In this document: positions 43,741 through 56,400 of the stretch, piece by piece | Position numbering within the stretch: position 1 is the stretch's first letter | Layout: each line of letters begins with the position of its first letter | DNA from: Antedon mediterranea | Taxonomy: Eukaryota > Animalia > Echinodermata | Assembly: GCF_964355755.1 (NCBI RefSeq) | Contig: NC_092677.1 | Coordinates: forward strand, 16,142,101 to 16,206,100 | Reading direction: 5' to 3' | Length of the DNA: 64,000 bases | Notes under the pieces: generated by a model | Database searches by the model: none | What the model was told of the DNA's origin: nothing | Seen by the model: the letters and a program-made list of their open reading frames with translations, nothing else | Translations under genes and position numbers: made by a program

Positions 43741-46700
43741 AGGGCTATAACTTCGTTATAAACGGCATGGACCGGGATGACGATACATGGGTTCGGGCTA
43801 GTAGGGTCCAGTAGTTTCAGAAAAATACCACTTGCCCCGGTCCATGCCGTCTAGCTGTCATTTTACGCCATTTTAAAACCTTACTACAATTTAACGTTTT
43901 TAAAAATAAAAAATGCAATATAACCGGATGATTTATAGGGCTATAATTACGTGATAAACGGCATGGACCGGGATGACGATACATGGGTTGGGGCTAGTAG
44001 GGTCCAGTAGTTTCAGAAAAATACCACTTGACCCGGTCCATGCCGTCTAGCTGCCATTTCACGCCATTTTAAAACCTTACTACAATTTAACGTTTTTATA
44101 AAAAAATGCAATATAACCTAATGAAATATAGGGCTATAATTACGTTATAAACGGCATGGACCGGGATGACGATACATGGGTTGGGGCGAGTAGGGTCCAG
44201 TCATTTAAGAAAAATACCTCTTACCCAGGTCCATGCCGTCTAGCTGTCATTATACGCCATTTTAAAACGTTACTACAATTTAAGGTTTTCATAAAAAATG
44301 CAATGTAAACATATGATTTATAGGGCTATAATTACGTTATAAACGGCATGGACCGGGATGACGATACATGGGTTGGGGCAAGTAGGGTCCAGTCAATTCA
44401 GAAAAATACCTCTTACCCCGGTCCATGCCGTCTAGCTATCATTTTACGCCATTTTAAAACGTTACTACAATTTAACGTTTTTTTTAATAAAAAATGCAAT
44501 ATAACCGAATGGTTTATAGGGCTATAATTACGTTATAAACGGCATGGACCGGAATGACGATACATGGGTTGGGGCTAGTAGGGTCCAGTTGTTTCAGAAA
44601 AATACCACTTGACCCGGTCCATGCCGTCTAGCGGCCATTTCACGCCATTTTAAAACGTTACTACAATTTAACTTTTTTTATAAAAAATGCAACATAACCG
44701 GATGATATATAGGGCTATAATTACGTTATAAACGGCATGGACCGGGATGACGATACATGGGTTGGTGCGAGTAGGGTCCAGTCATTATAGAAAAGTACCA
44801 CTTGCCCCGGTCCATGCCGTCTAGCTGTCATTTTACGCCATTTTAAAAGGTTACTACAATTTAAGGTTTTTAAAAATAAAAAATGCACTATAAACGTATG
44901 ATTTATAGGGCTATAATTACGTTATAAACGGCATGGACCGGGATGACGATACATCGGTTGGGGCAAGTAGGGTCCAGTCAATTCAGGAAATACCACTTGC
45001 CCCGGTCCATGCCGTCTAGCTATCATTTTACGCCATTTCAAAACGTTACTACAATTTAACGTTTTTTAAAATAAAAAATGCAATATAACAGGATGATATA
45101 TAGGGCTATAATTACGTTATAAACGGCATGGACCGGGATAACGATACATGGGTTGGGGCGAATAGGGTCCATTCATTTCAGAAAAATACCACTTGCCCCG
45201 GTCCATGCCGTCTAGCTGTCATTTTAAGCCATTTTAAAACGTTACTGTTACTACAATTTAATTTTTTTTAAATAAAAAATGCAATATAACCGGATGATTT
45301 ATAGGGCTATAATTACGTGATAAACGGCATGGACCGGGATGACGATACATGGGTTGGGGCTAGTAGGGTCCTGTCGTTTCAGAAAAATACCACTTGCCTC
45401 GGTCCATGCCGTCTAGCTGTCATTTTACGCCATTTTAAAACGTTACTACAATTTAACGTTTTTTTAAATAAAAAATTCAATATAACAGGATGATATATAG
45501 GGCTATAATTACGTTATAAACGGCATGGACCGGAATGACGATACATGGGTTGGGGCGAGTAGGGTCCAGTCATTTCAGAAAAATACCACTTGCCCCGGTC
45601 CATGCCGTCTAGCTCTCATTTTACGCCATTTTAAAACGTTACCGGTCCTACAATTTAATTTTTAAAAATAAAAAATGCAATATAACCGAATGATTTATAG
45701 GGCTATAAATACGTTATAAACGGCATGGACCGGGATGACGATACATGGGTTGGGGCTAGAAGGGTCCAGTTATTTCAGAAATATACCTCTTACCCCGGTC
45801 CATGCCGTCTAGCTGTCATTATACGCCATTTTAAAACGTTACTACAATTTAAGGTTTTCATAAAAAATGCAATGTAAACATATGATTTATAGGGCTATAA
45901 TTACGTTATAAATGGCATGGACCGGGATGACGATACATGGGTTGGGGCGAGTAGGGTCCAGTCAATTCAGAAAAATACCACTTGCCCCGGTCCATGCCGT
46001 CTAGCTATCATTTTACGCCATTTTAAAACGTTACTACAATTTAACGTTTTTTTTAAATAAAAAATGCAATATAACCGAATGGTTTATAGGGCTATAATTA
46101 CGTTATAAACGGCATGGACCGGAATGACGATACATGGGTTGGGGCTAGTAGGGTCCAGTTGTTTCAGAAAAATACCACTTGACCCGGTCCATGCCGTCTA
46201 GCGGCCATTTCACGCCATTTTAAAACGTTACTACAATTTAACTTTTTTTATAAAAAATGCAACATAACCGGATGATATATAGGGCTATAATTACGTTATA
46301 AACGGCATGGACCGGGATGACGATACATGGGTTGGTGCGAGTAAGGTCCAGTCATTATAGAAAAGTACCACTTGCCCCGGTCCATGCCGTCTAGCTGTCA
46401 TTCTACGCCATTTTAAAAGGTTACTACAATTTAAGGTTTTTAAAAATAAAAAATGCACTATAAACGTATGATTTATAGGGCTATAATTACGTTATAAACG
46501 GCATGGACCGGGATGACGATACATCGGTTGGGGCAAGTAGGGTCCAGTCAATTCAGGAAATACCACTTGCCCCGGTCCATGCCGTCTAGCTATCATTTTA
46601 CGCCATTTCAAAACGTTACTACAATTTAACGTTTTTTTAAATAAAAAATGCAATATAACAGGATGATATATAGGCCTATAATTACGTTATAAACGGCATG

Positions 46701-49700
46701 GACCGGGATAACGATACATGGGTTGGGGCGAATAGGGTCCATTCATTTCAGAAAAATACCACTTGCCCCGGTCCATGCCGTCTAGCTGTCATTTTAAGCC
46801 ATTTTAAAAGGTTACTACAATTTAAGGTTTTTAAAAATAAAAAATGCACTATAAACGTATGATTTATAGGGCTATAATTACGTTATAAACGGCATGGACC
46901 GGGATGACGATACATCGGTTGGGGCAAGTAGGGTCCAGTCAATTCAGGAAATACCACTTGCCCCGGTCCATGCCGTCTAGCTATCATTTTACGCCATTTC
47001 AAAACGTTACTACAATTTAACGTTTTTAAAATAAAAAATGCAATATAAACGCATGATATAATAGGGCTATAATTACGTTATAAACGGCATGGACCGGGAT
47101 GACGATACATGGGTTGGGGCGAGTAGGGTCCAGTCATTTCAGAAAAATACGACTTGCCCCGGTCCATGCCGTCTAGCTGTCATTATACGACATTTTAAAA
47201 CGTTACTACAATTTAAGTTTTTTTAAATAAAAAATGCAATATAACCAAATGATTTATAGGGATATAATTACGTTATAAACGGCATGGACCGGGATGACGA
47301 TACATGGGTTGGGGCGAGTAGGGTCCAGTCATTTTAGAAAAATACCACTTGCCCCGGTCCATGCCGTCTAGCTGTCAATTTACGCCATTTTAAAACGTTA
47401 CTACAATTTAAGGTTTTCATAAAAAATGCAATGTAAACGTATGATTTATAGGGCTATAATTACGTTATAAACGGCATGGACCGGGATGAAGATACATGGG
47501 TTGGGGCAAGTAGTGTCCAGTCAATTCAGAAAAATACCACTTGCCCCGGTCCATGCCGTCTAGCTGTCATTTTACGCCATTTTAAAACGTTACTACAATT
47601 TAACGTTTTTAAAATAAAAAATGCAATATAAACGCATGATATAATAGGGCTATAATTACGTTATAAACGGCATGGACCGGGATGACGATACATGGGTTGG
47701 GGCCAGTATGGTCCAGTTGTTTCAGAAAAATACCACTTGCTCCGGTCCATGCCGTCTAGCTGTCATTTTACGCCATTTTAAAACGTTACTAAAATTTACG
47801 TTTTTTTAAATAAAAAGTGCAATATAACCGAATGATTTTTAAGGCTATAATTACGTTATAAACGGCATGGACCGGGATGACGATACATGGGTTGGGGCAA
47901 GTATGGTCCATTCGTTTCAGAAAAATACCACTTGCCCTGGTCCATGCCGTCTAGCTGCCATTTTACGCCATTTTAAAACGTTACTACAATTTAAGGTTTT
48001 CATAAAAAATGCAATGTAAACGTATGATTTATAGGGCTATAATTACGTTATAAACGGCATGGACCGGGATTACGATACATGGGTTGGGGCGAGTAGCGTC
48101 CAGTCATTTCAGAGAAATACCACTTGCCCCGGTCCATGCCGTCTAGCTGTCATTTTACGCCATTTTAAAACGTTACTACAATTTAAGGTTTTCATAAAAA
48201 ATGCAATGTAAACGTATGATTTATAGGGCTATATTTACGTTATAAACGGCATGGACCGGGATGAAGATACATGGGTTGGGGCAAGTAGGGTCCAGTCAAT
48301 TCAGAAAAATACCACTTGCCCCGGTCCATCCCGTCTAGCTATCATTTTACGCCATTTTAAAACGTTACTAAAATTTACGTTTTTTAAAATAAAAAATGCA
48401 ATATAACCGAATGATTTATAGGGCTATAATTACGTTATAAACGGCATGGACCGGGATGACGATACATGGGTTGGGGCCAGTATGGTCCAGTTGTTTCAGA
48501 AAAATACCACTTGCTCCGGTCCATGCCGTCTAGCTGTCATTTTACGCCATTATAAAACGTTACTACAATTTAACGTTTATAAAATAAAAAATGCAATATA
48601 AACGCATGATATAATAGGGCTATAATTACGTTATAAACGGCATGGACCGGGATGACGATACATGGGTTGGGGCGAGTAGGGTCCAGTCATTTCAGAAAAA
48701 TACGACTTGCCCCAGACCATGCCGTCTAGCTGTCATTTTACGACATTTTAAAACGTTACTACAATTTAAGTTTTTTAAAATAAAAAATGCAATATAACCG
48801 AATGATTTATAGGGATATAATTACGTTATAAATGGCATGGACCGGGATTACGATACATGGGTTGGGGCGAGTAGCGTCTAGTCATTTCAGAGAAATACCA
48901 CTTGCCCCGGTCCATGGCGTCTAGCTGTTATTTTACGCCATTTTAAAACGTTACGACAATTTAAGGTTTTCATAAAAAATGCAATGTAAACGTATGATTT
49001 ATAGGGCTATAATTACGTTATAAACGGCATGGACCGGGATGAAGATACATGGGTTGGGGCAAGTAGGGTCCAGTCAATTCAGAAAAATACCACTTGCCCC
49101 GGTCCATGCCGTCTAGCTATCATTTTACGCCATTTTAAAACGTTACTAAAATTTACGTTTTTTAAAATAAAAAATGCAATATAACCGAATGATTTATAAG
49201 GCTATAATTACGTTATAAACGGCATGGACCGGGATGACGATACATGGGTTGGGGCAAGTATGGTCCATTCGTTTCAGAAAAATACCAGTTGCTCCGGTCC
49301 ATGCCGTCTAGCTGTCATTTTACGCCATTATAAAACGTTACTACAATTTAACGTTTTTAAAATAAAAAATGCAATATAAACGCATGATATAATAGGGCTA
49401 TAATTACGTTATAAACGGCATGGACCGGGATGACGATACATGGGTTGGGGCGAGTAGGGTCCAGTCATTTCAGAAAAATACGACTTGCCCCGGTCCATAC
49501 CGTCTAGCTGTCATTTTACGACATTTTAAAACGTTACTACAATTTAAGTTTTTTTAAATATAAAATGCAATATAACCGAATGATTTATAGGGATATAATT
49601 ACGTTATAAACGGCATGGACCGGGATGACGATACATGGGTTGGGGCTAGTAGGGTCCAGTCGTTTTAGAAAAATACCACTTGTCCGGTCCATGCCGTCTA

Positions 49701-50436
49701 GCTGCCATTTTACGCCATTTTAAATCGTTACTACAATTTAACGTTTTTATAAAAAATGCAATATAACCGGATGGTATATAGGGCTATAATTACGTTATAA
49801 ACGGCATGGACCGGGATGACAATACATGAGTTAGAGCGAGTAGGGTCCAGTCATTTCAGAAAATTACCTCTAGCCCCGGTCCATGCCGTCTAGCTGTCAT
49901 TTTACGCCATTTTAAAACGTTACTACAATTTAAGATTTTTTTTAAAATAAAAAATGCAATATAACCGAATTATTTATAGGGCTATAATTACGTTATAAAC
50001 GGCATGGACCGGGATGACGATACATGGGTTGGGGCTAGTAAGGTCCAGTCGTTTCAGTAAAATACCACTTGACCCGGTCCATGCCGTCTAGCGGCCATTT
50101 CACGCTATTTTAAAACGTTACTACAATTTAACTTTTTTATAAAAAATACAATATAACCGGATGATATAATTATAGGGCTATAATTACGTTATAAACGGCA
50201 TGGACCGGGATGACGATACATGGGTTGGTGCGAGTAGGGTCCAGTCATTATAGAAAAGTACCACTTGCCGTCTAGTTGTCATTTTACGCCATTTTAAAAC
50301 GTTACTACAATTTAACGTTTTTAAAAATAAAAAATGCACTATAAACGTATGGTTTATAGGGCTATAATTACGTTATAAACGCCATGGACCGGGATTACGA
50401 TACATTGATTGGGGCAAGTAGGGTCCAGTCATTTCA
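43740..50436 (+). repeat. Left arm: ~34 copies of a ~195-bp monomer
   Basis: AGGGCTATAA at 43741, 43937, 44130... (period 193-198). Confidence 0.97.
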
Positions 50437-53400
50437 CCCACGTATCGTCATCCCGGTCCATGCCGTTTATAACGTAATTATAGCCCTATAAATCATGCGT
50501 TTATATTGCTTTTTTTTTTTTAAAGTTCAATTGTAGTAACGTTTTAAAATGGCGTAAAATGGCAGCTAGACGGTATGGACAGGGGCAAGTGGTCTTTTTC
50601 TATAATGACTGGACCCTACTCGCCCCAACCCATGTCGTCATCCCGGTCCATGCCGTTTATAACGTAATTATAGCCCTATATATCATCCGTTTATATTGCA
50701 TTTTTTATAAAAACGTTAAATTGTAGTAACGTTTTAAAATGTCGTAAAATCGCAGCTAGACGGCATGGACCGGGGCAAGTGGTATTTTTCTGAAACGACT
50801 GGACCCTACTAGCCCCAACCCATTTGTCGTCATCCCGGTCCATGCCGTTTATAACGTAATAATAGCCCTATAAATCATGTGTTTATATTCCATTTTTTAT
50901 TTTAAAAAACGTTAAATTGTAGTAACGTTTTAAAATGGCGTAATATGAAAGCTAGACGGCATGGACCGGGGCAAGTGGTATTTTTCGAAATGACTGGACC
51001 CTACTCGCCCCAACCCATATATCGTCATCCCTGTCCATGCAGTTTATAACGTAATTATAGCCCTGTAAATCATATGTTTATATTGCATTTTTTAATTTAA
51101 AAATCGTTAAATTGTAGTAACGTTTTAAAATGGCGTAAAATGACAGCTAGACGGCATGGACCGGGGCAAGTGGTATTTTTCTGAAACGACTGGACCCTGC
51201 TAGCCCCAACCCATGTATCGTCATCCCGGTCCATACCGTTTATAACGTAATTATAGCCCTATATATCATCCGGTTATATTGCATTTTTTATAAAAAAAAA
51301 ATTAAATTGTAGTAACATTTAAAATGGCGTAAAATGACAGCTAGACGGCATGGACCGGGGTAAGAGGTATTTTTTTTAAATGACTGGACCCTACTCGTCC
51401 CAACCCATGTATCGTCATCCCGGTCCATGCCGTTTATAACGTAATTATAGCCCTATATATCATCCGGTTATATTGCATTTTTTATAAAAACGTTAAATTG
51501 TAGTAAGGTTTTAAAATGGCGTGAAATGGCAAGTAGACAGCATGGACCGGGTAAAGTGGTATTTTTCTGAAACTACTGGACCCTACTAGCCCCAACCCAT
51601 GTATCGTCATCCCGGTCCATGCCGTTTATAACTTAATTATAGCCTTATAAATCATTCGGTTATATTGCATTTTTTATTTAAAAAAATTAAATTGTAGTAC
51701 CGGTAACGTTTTAAAATGGCGTAAAATGACAGCTAGACGGCATGGACCGGGAAAAGTGGTATTGTTATGCAATGACTGGACCCGACTCGACCCAACCCAT
51801 GTATCGTCATCCCGGTCCATGCCGTTTATAACGTAATTATAGCCCTATATATCATTCGGTTATATTGCATTTTTTATAAAAAAAAACGTTAAATTTTAGT
51901 AACGTTTTATAATGGCGTTAAATGATAGCTAGACGGCATGGACCGGGGCAAGTGGTATTTTTCTGAAATGACTAGACCCTACTCGCCCCAACCCATGTAT
52001 CGTCATCCCGGTCCATGCCGTTTATAACGTAATTATAGGCCTATATGTACGTCATCCGCTTATATTCTATTTTTCATTTTAAAAAAACTTAAATTGTAGT
52101 AACGTTTTAAAATGGCGTAAAATGGCAGCTACACGGCATGGACCGGGGCAAGTGGTATTTTTCTGAAACGACAGGAACCTACTAGCCCCAACCCATGTAT
52201 CGTCATCCCGGTCCATGCCGTTTATAACGTAATTATAGCCCTAAATATCTTCCGGTTAAATTGCATTTTTTATAAAAAAAAAACTTAAATTGTAATAACA
52301 TTTTAAAATGGCGTAAAATGGCAGCTAGACGGTATGGACCGGGGCAAGTGGTACTTTTCTATAATGACTGGATCCTACTCGCACCAACCCATATTCGTCA
52401 TCCCGGTCCATGCCGTTTATAACGTAATTATAGCCCTATATATCATCCGGTTATATTGCATTTTTTATAAAAAAGTTAAATTGTAGTAACGTTTTAAAAT
52501 GGCGTGAAATGGCCGCTAGACGGCATGGACCGGGTCAAGTGGTATTTTTCTGAAACGACTGGACCCTACTAGATCCAACCCATGTATCGTCATCTCGGTC
52601 CATGCCGTTTATAACGTAATTATAGACCTATACATCATTCGGTTATATTGCATTTTTTATAAAAAAAAAAACGTTAAATTGTAGTAACGTTTTAAAATGG
52701 CGTAAAATGATAGCTAGACGGCATGGACCGGGGCAAGTGGTATTATTCTGAATTGACTGGACCCTACTTGCCCCAACCCATGTATCGTCATCCCGGTCCA
52801 TGCCGTTTATAACGTAATTATAGACCCTTAAATCATTCGGTTATATTGCATTTTTTATATAAAAAAAACCGTTAAATTGTAGTAACGTTTTAAAATGGCG
52901 TAAAATGATAGCTAGACGGCATGGACCGGGGCAAGTGGTATTTTTCTGAATTGACTGGACCCTACTTGCCCCAACCCATGTATCGTCATCCCGGTCCATG
53001 CCGTTTATAACGTAATTATAGCCCTATAAATCATATGTTTACATTACATTTTTTATGAAAACCTTAAATTGTAGTAACGTTTTAAAATGGCGTAAAATGA
53101 CAGCTAGACGGCATGGACCGGGGTAAGAGGTATTTTTCTTAAATGACTGGACCCTACTCGCCCCAACCCATGTATCGTCATCCCGGTCCATGCCGTTTAT
53201 AACGTAATTATAGCCCTATATTTCATCAGGTTATATTGCATTTTTTATAAAAACGTTTAAATTGTAGTAAGGTTTTAAAATGGCGTGAAATGGCAGCTAG
53301 ACGGCATGGACCGGGTCAAGTGGTATTTTTCTGAAACTACTGGACCCTACTAGCCTCAACCCATGTATCGTCATCCCGGTCTATGCCGTTTATAACGTAA

Positions 53401-56400
53401 TTATAGCCCTATAAATCATTCGGTTATATTGCATTTTGTATTTAAAAAAAAATTAAATTGTAGTACCGGTAATGTTTTGAAATGGCGTAAAATGGCAGCT
53501 AGACGGCATGGACCGGGGCAAGTGGTATTTTTCTGAAACGACAGGACCCTACTAGCCCCAACCCATGTATCGTCATCCCGGTCCATGCCGTTTATAACGT
53601 AATTATAGCCCTATAAATCATACGGTTATATTGCATTTTTTATAAAAAAAAAACTTAAATTGTGGTAACGTTTTAAAATGGCGTAAAATGGAAGCTAGAC
53701 GGCATGGACAGGGACAAGTGGTATATTTCTAAAACGACTGGACCCTACTAGCCCCAATCCATGTATCTTTATCCCGGTCCATGCCGTTTATAACGTAATT
53801 ATAGCCCTATAAATCATTCGGTTATATTGCATTTTTTATAAAAAAAAGACGTTAAATTGTATTAATGTTTTAAAATGGCGTAAAATGATAGCTAGACGGC
53901 ATGGACCGGGGCAAGTGGTATTTTTCTGAATTGACTGGACCCTACTTGCCCCAACCCCGTGTATCGTCTTCCCGGTCCATGCCGTTTATAACGTAATTAT
54001 AGCCCTATAAATCATACGTTTACATTGCATTTTTTATGAAAAGCTTAAATTGTAGTCACGTTTTAAAATGGCGTAAAATGACAGCTAGACGGCATGGACC
54101 GGGGTAAGATGTATTTTTCTTAAATGACTGGACCCTACTCGCCCCAACCCATGTATCGTCATCCCGGTCCATGCCGTTTATAACGTAATTATAGCCCTAT
54201 TATATCATGCGTTTATATTGCATTTTTTATTTTTAAAACGTTAAATTGTAGTAACGTTTTAAAATGGAGTAAAATGACAGCTAAACGGCATGGACCGGGG
54301 CAAGTGGTATTTTTCCGAAATGACTAGACCCTACTCATCCCAACCCATGCATCGTCATCCCGGTCCATGCCGTTTATAACGTAATTATAGCCCTATAAAT
54401 CATACGTTTATAGTGCATTTTTTATTTTTAAAAACCTTAAATTGTAGTAACCTTTTAAAATGGCGTAAAATGACAGCTAGACGGCATGGACCGGGGCAAG
54501 TGGTACTTTTCTATAATGACTGGACCCTACTCGCACCAACCCATGTATCGTCATCCCGGTCCATGCCGTTTATAACGTAATTATAGCCCTATATATCATC
54601 CGGTTATGTTGCATTTTTTATAAAAAAAGTTAAATTGTAGTAACGTTTTAAAATGGCGTGAAATGGCCGCTAGACGGCATGGACCGGGTCAAGTGGTATT
54701 TTTCTGAAAAAACTGGACCCTACTAGCCCCAAACCATGTATCGTCATTCCGGTCCATGCCGTTTATAACGTAATTATAGCCCTATAAATCATATGTTTAC
54801 ATTGCATTTTTTATGAAAACCTTAAATTGTAGTAACGTTTTAAAATGGCGTATAATGACAGCTAGACGGCATGGACCGGGTCAAGTGGTATTTTTCTGAA
54901 ACTACTGGACCCTACTAGCCCCAACCCATGTATCGTCATCCCGGTCCATGCCGTTTATAACGTAATTATAGCCCTATAAATCATTCGGTTATATTGCATT
55001 TTGTATTTAAAAAAATTAAATTGTAGTAACAGTAACGTTTTAAAATGGCTTAAAATGACAGCTAGACGGCATGGACCGGGGCAAGTGGTATTTTTCTGAA
55101 ATGAATGGACCCTATTCGCCCCAACCCATGTATCGTTATCCCGGTCCATGCCGTTTATAACGTAATTATAGCCCTATATATCATCCTGTTATATTGCATT
55201 TTTTATTTAAAAAAACGTTAAATTGTAGTAACGTTTTGAAATGGCGTAAAATGATAGCTAGATGGCATGGACCGGGGCAAGTGGTATTTCCTGAATTGAC
55301 TGGACCCTACTTGCCCCAACCGATGTATCGTCATCCGGGTCCATGCCGTTTATAACGTAATTATAGCCCTATAAACCATTCGGTTATATTGCATTTTTTA
55401 TTTAAAAAAACGTTAAATTGTAGTAACGTTTTAAAATGGCGTAAAATGATAGCTAGACGGCATGGACCGGGGCAAGTGGTATTTTTCTGAATTGACTGGA
55501 CCCTACTTGCCCCAACCCATGTATCATCATCCTGGTCCATGCCGTTTATAACGTAATTATAGCCCTATAAATCATATGTTTACATTGCATTTTTTATGAA
55601 AACCTTAAATTGTAGTAACGTTTTAAAATGGCGTATAATGACAGCTAGACGGCATGGACCGGGGTAAGAGGTATTTTTCTTAAATGACTGGACCCTACTC
55701 GCCCCAACCCATGTATCGTCATCCCGGTCCATGCCGTTTATAACGTAATTATAGCCCTATATTTCATTAGGTTATATTGCTTTTTTTTATAAAAACGTTA
55801 GATTGTAGTAAGGTTTTAAAATGGCGTGAAATGGCAGCTAGACGGCATGGACCGGGTCAAGTGGTATTTTTCTGAAACTACTAGACCCTACTAGCCCCAA
55901 CCCATGTATCGTCATCCCGGTCCATGCCGTTTATAACGTAATTATAGCCCTATAAATCATTCGGTTATATTGCATTTTGTATTTAAAAAAATTAAATTGT
56001 AGTAACAGTAACGTTTTAAAATGGCTTAAAATGACAGCTAGACGGCATGGACCGGGGCAAGTGGTATTTTTCTGAAATGAATGGACCCTACTCGCCCCAA
56101 CCCATGTATCGTTATCCCGGTCCATGCCGTTTATAACGTAATTATAGCCCTATATATCATCCTGTTATATTGCATTTTTTATTTAAAAAAACGTTAAATT
56201 GTAGTACCGTTTTGAAATGGCGTAAAATGATAGCTAGACGGCATGGACCGGGGCAAGTGATATTTTTCTGAATTGACTGGACCCTACTTGCCTCAACCGA
56301 TGTATCGTCATCCCGGTCCATGCCGTTTATAACGTAATTATAGCCCTATAAATCATTCGGTTATATTGCATTTTTTATATAAACAAAACGTTAAATTGTA

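Noticed and set aside
43762-43850. Ribozyme in the satellite monomer (CGGCATGG resembles the HDV 5' end; satellite hammerheads are known)
   Set aside because: I could not find a CUGANGA/GAAA core or an HDV nested pseudoknot by eye on either strand; an Infernal search would be needed to exclude it fully.
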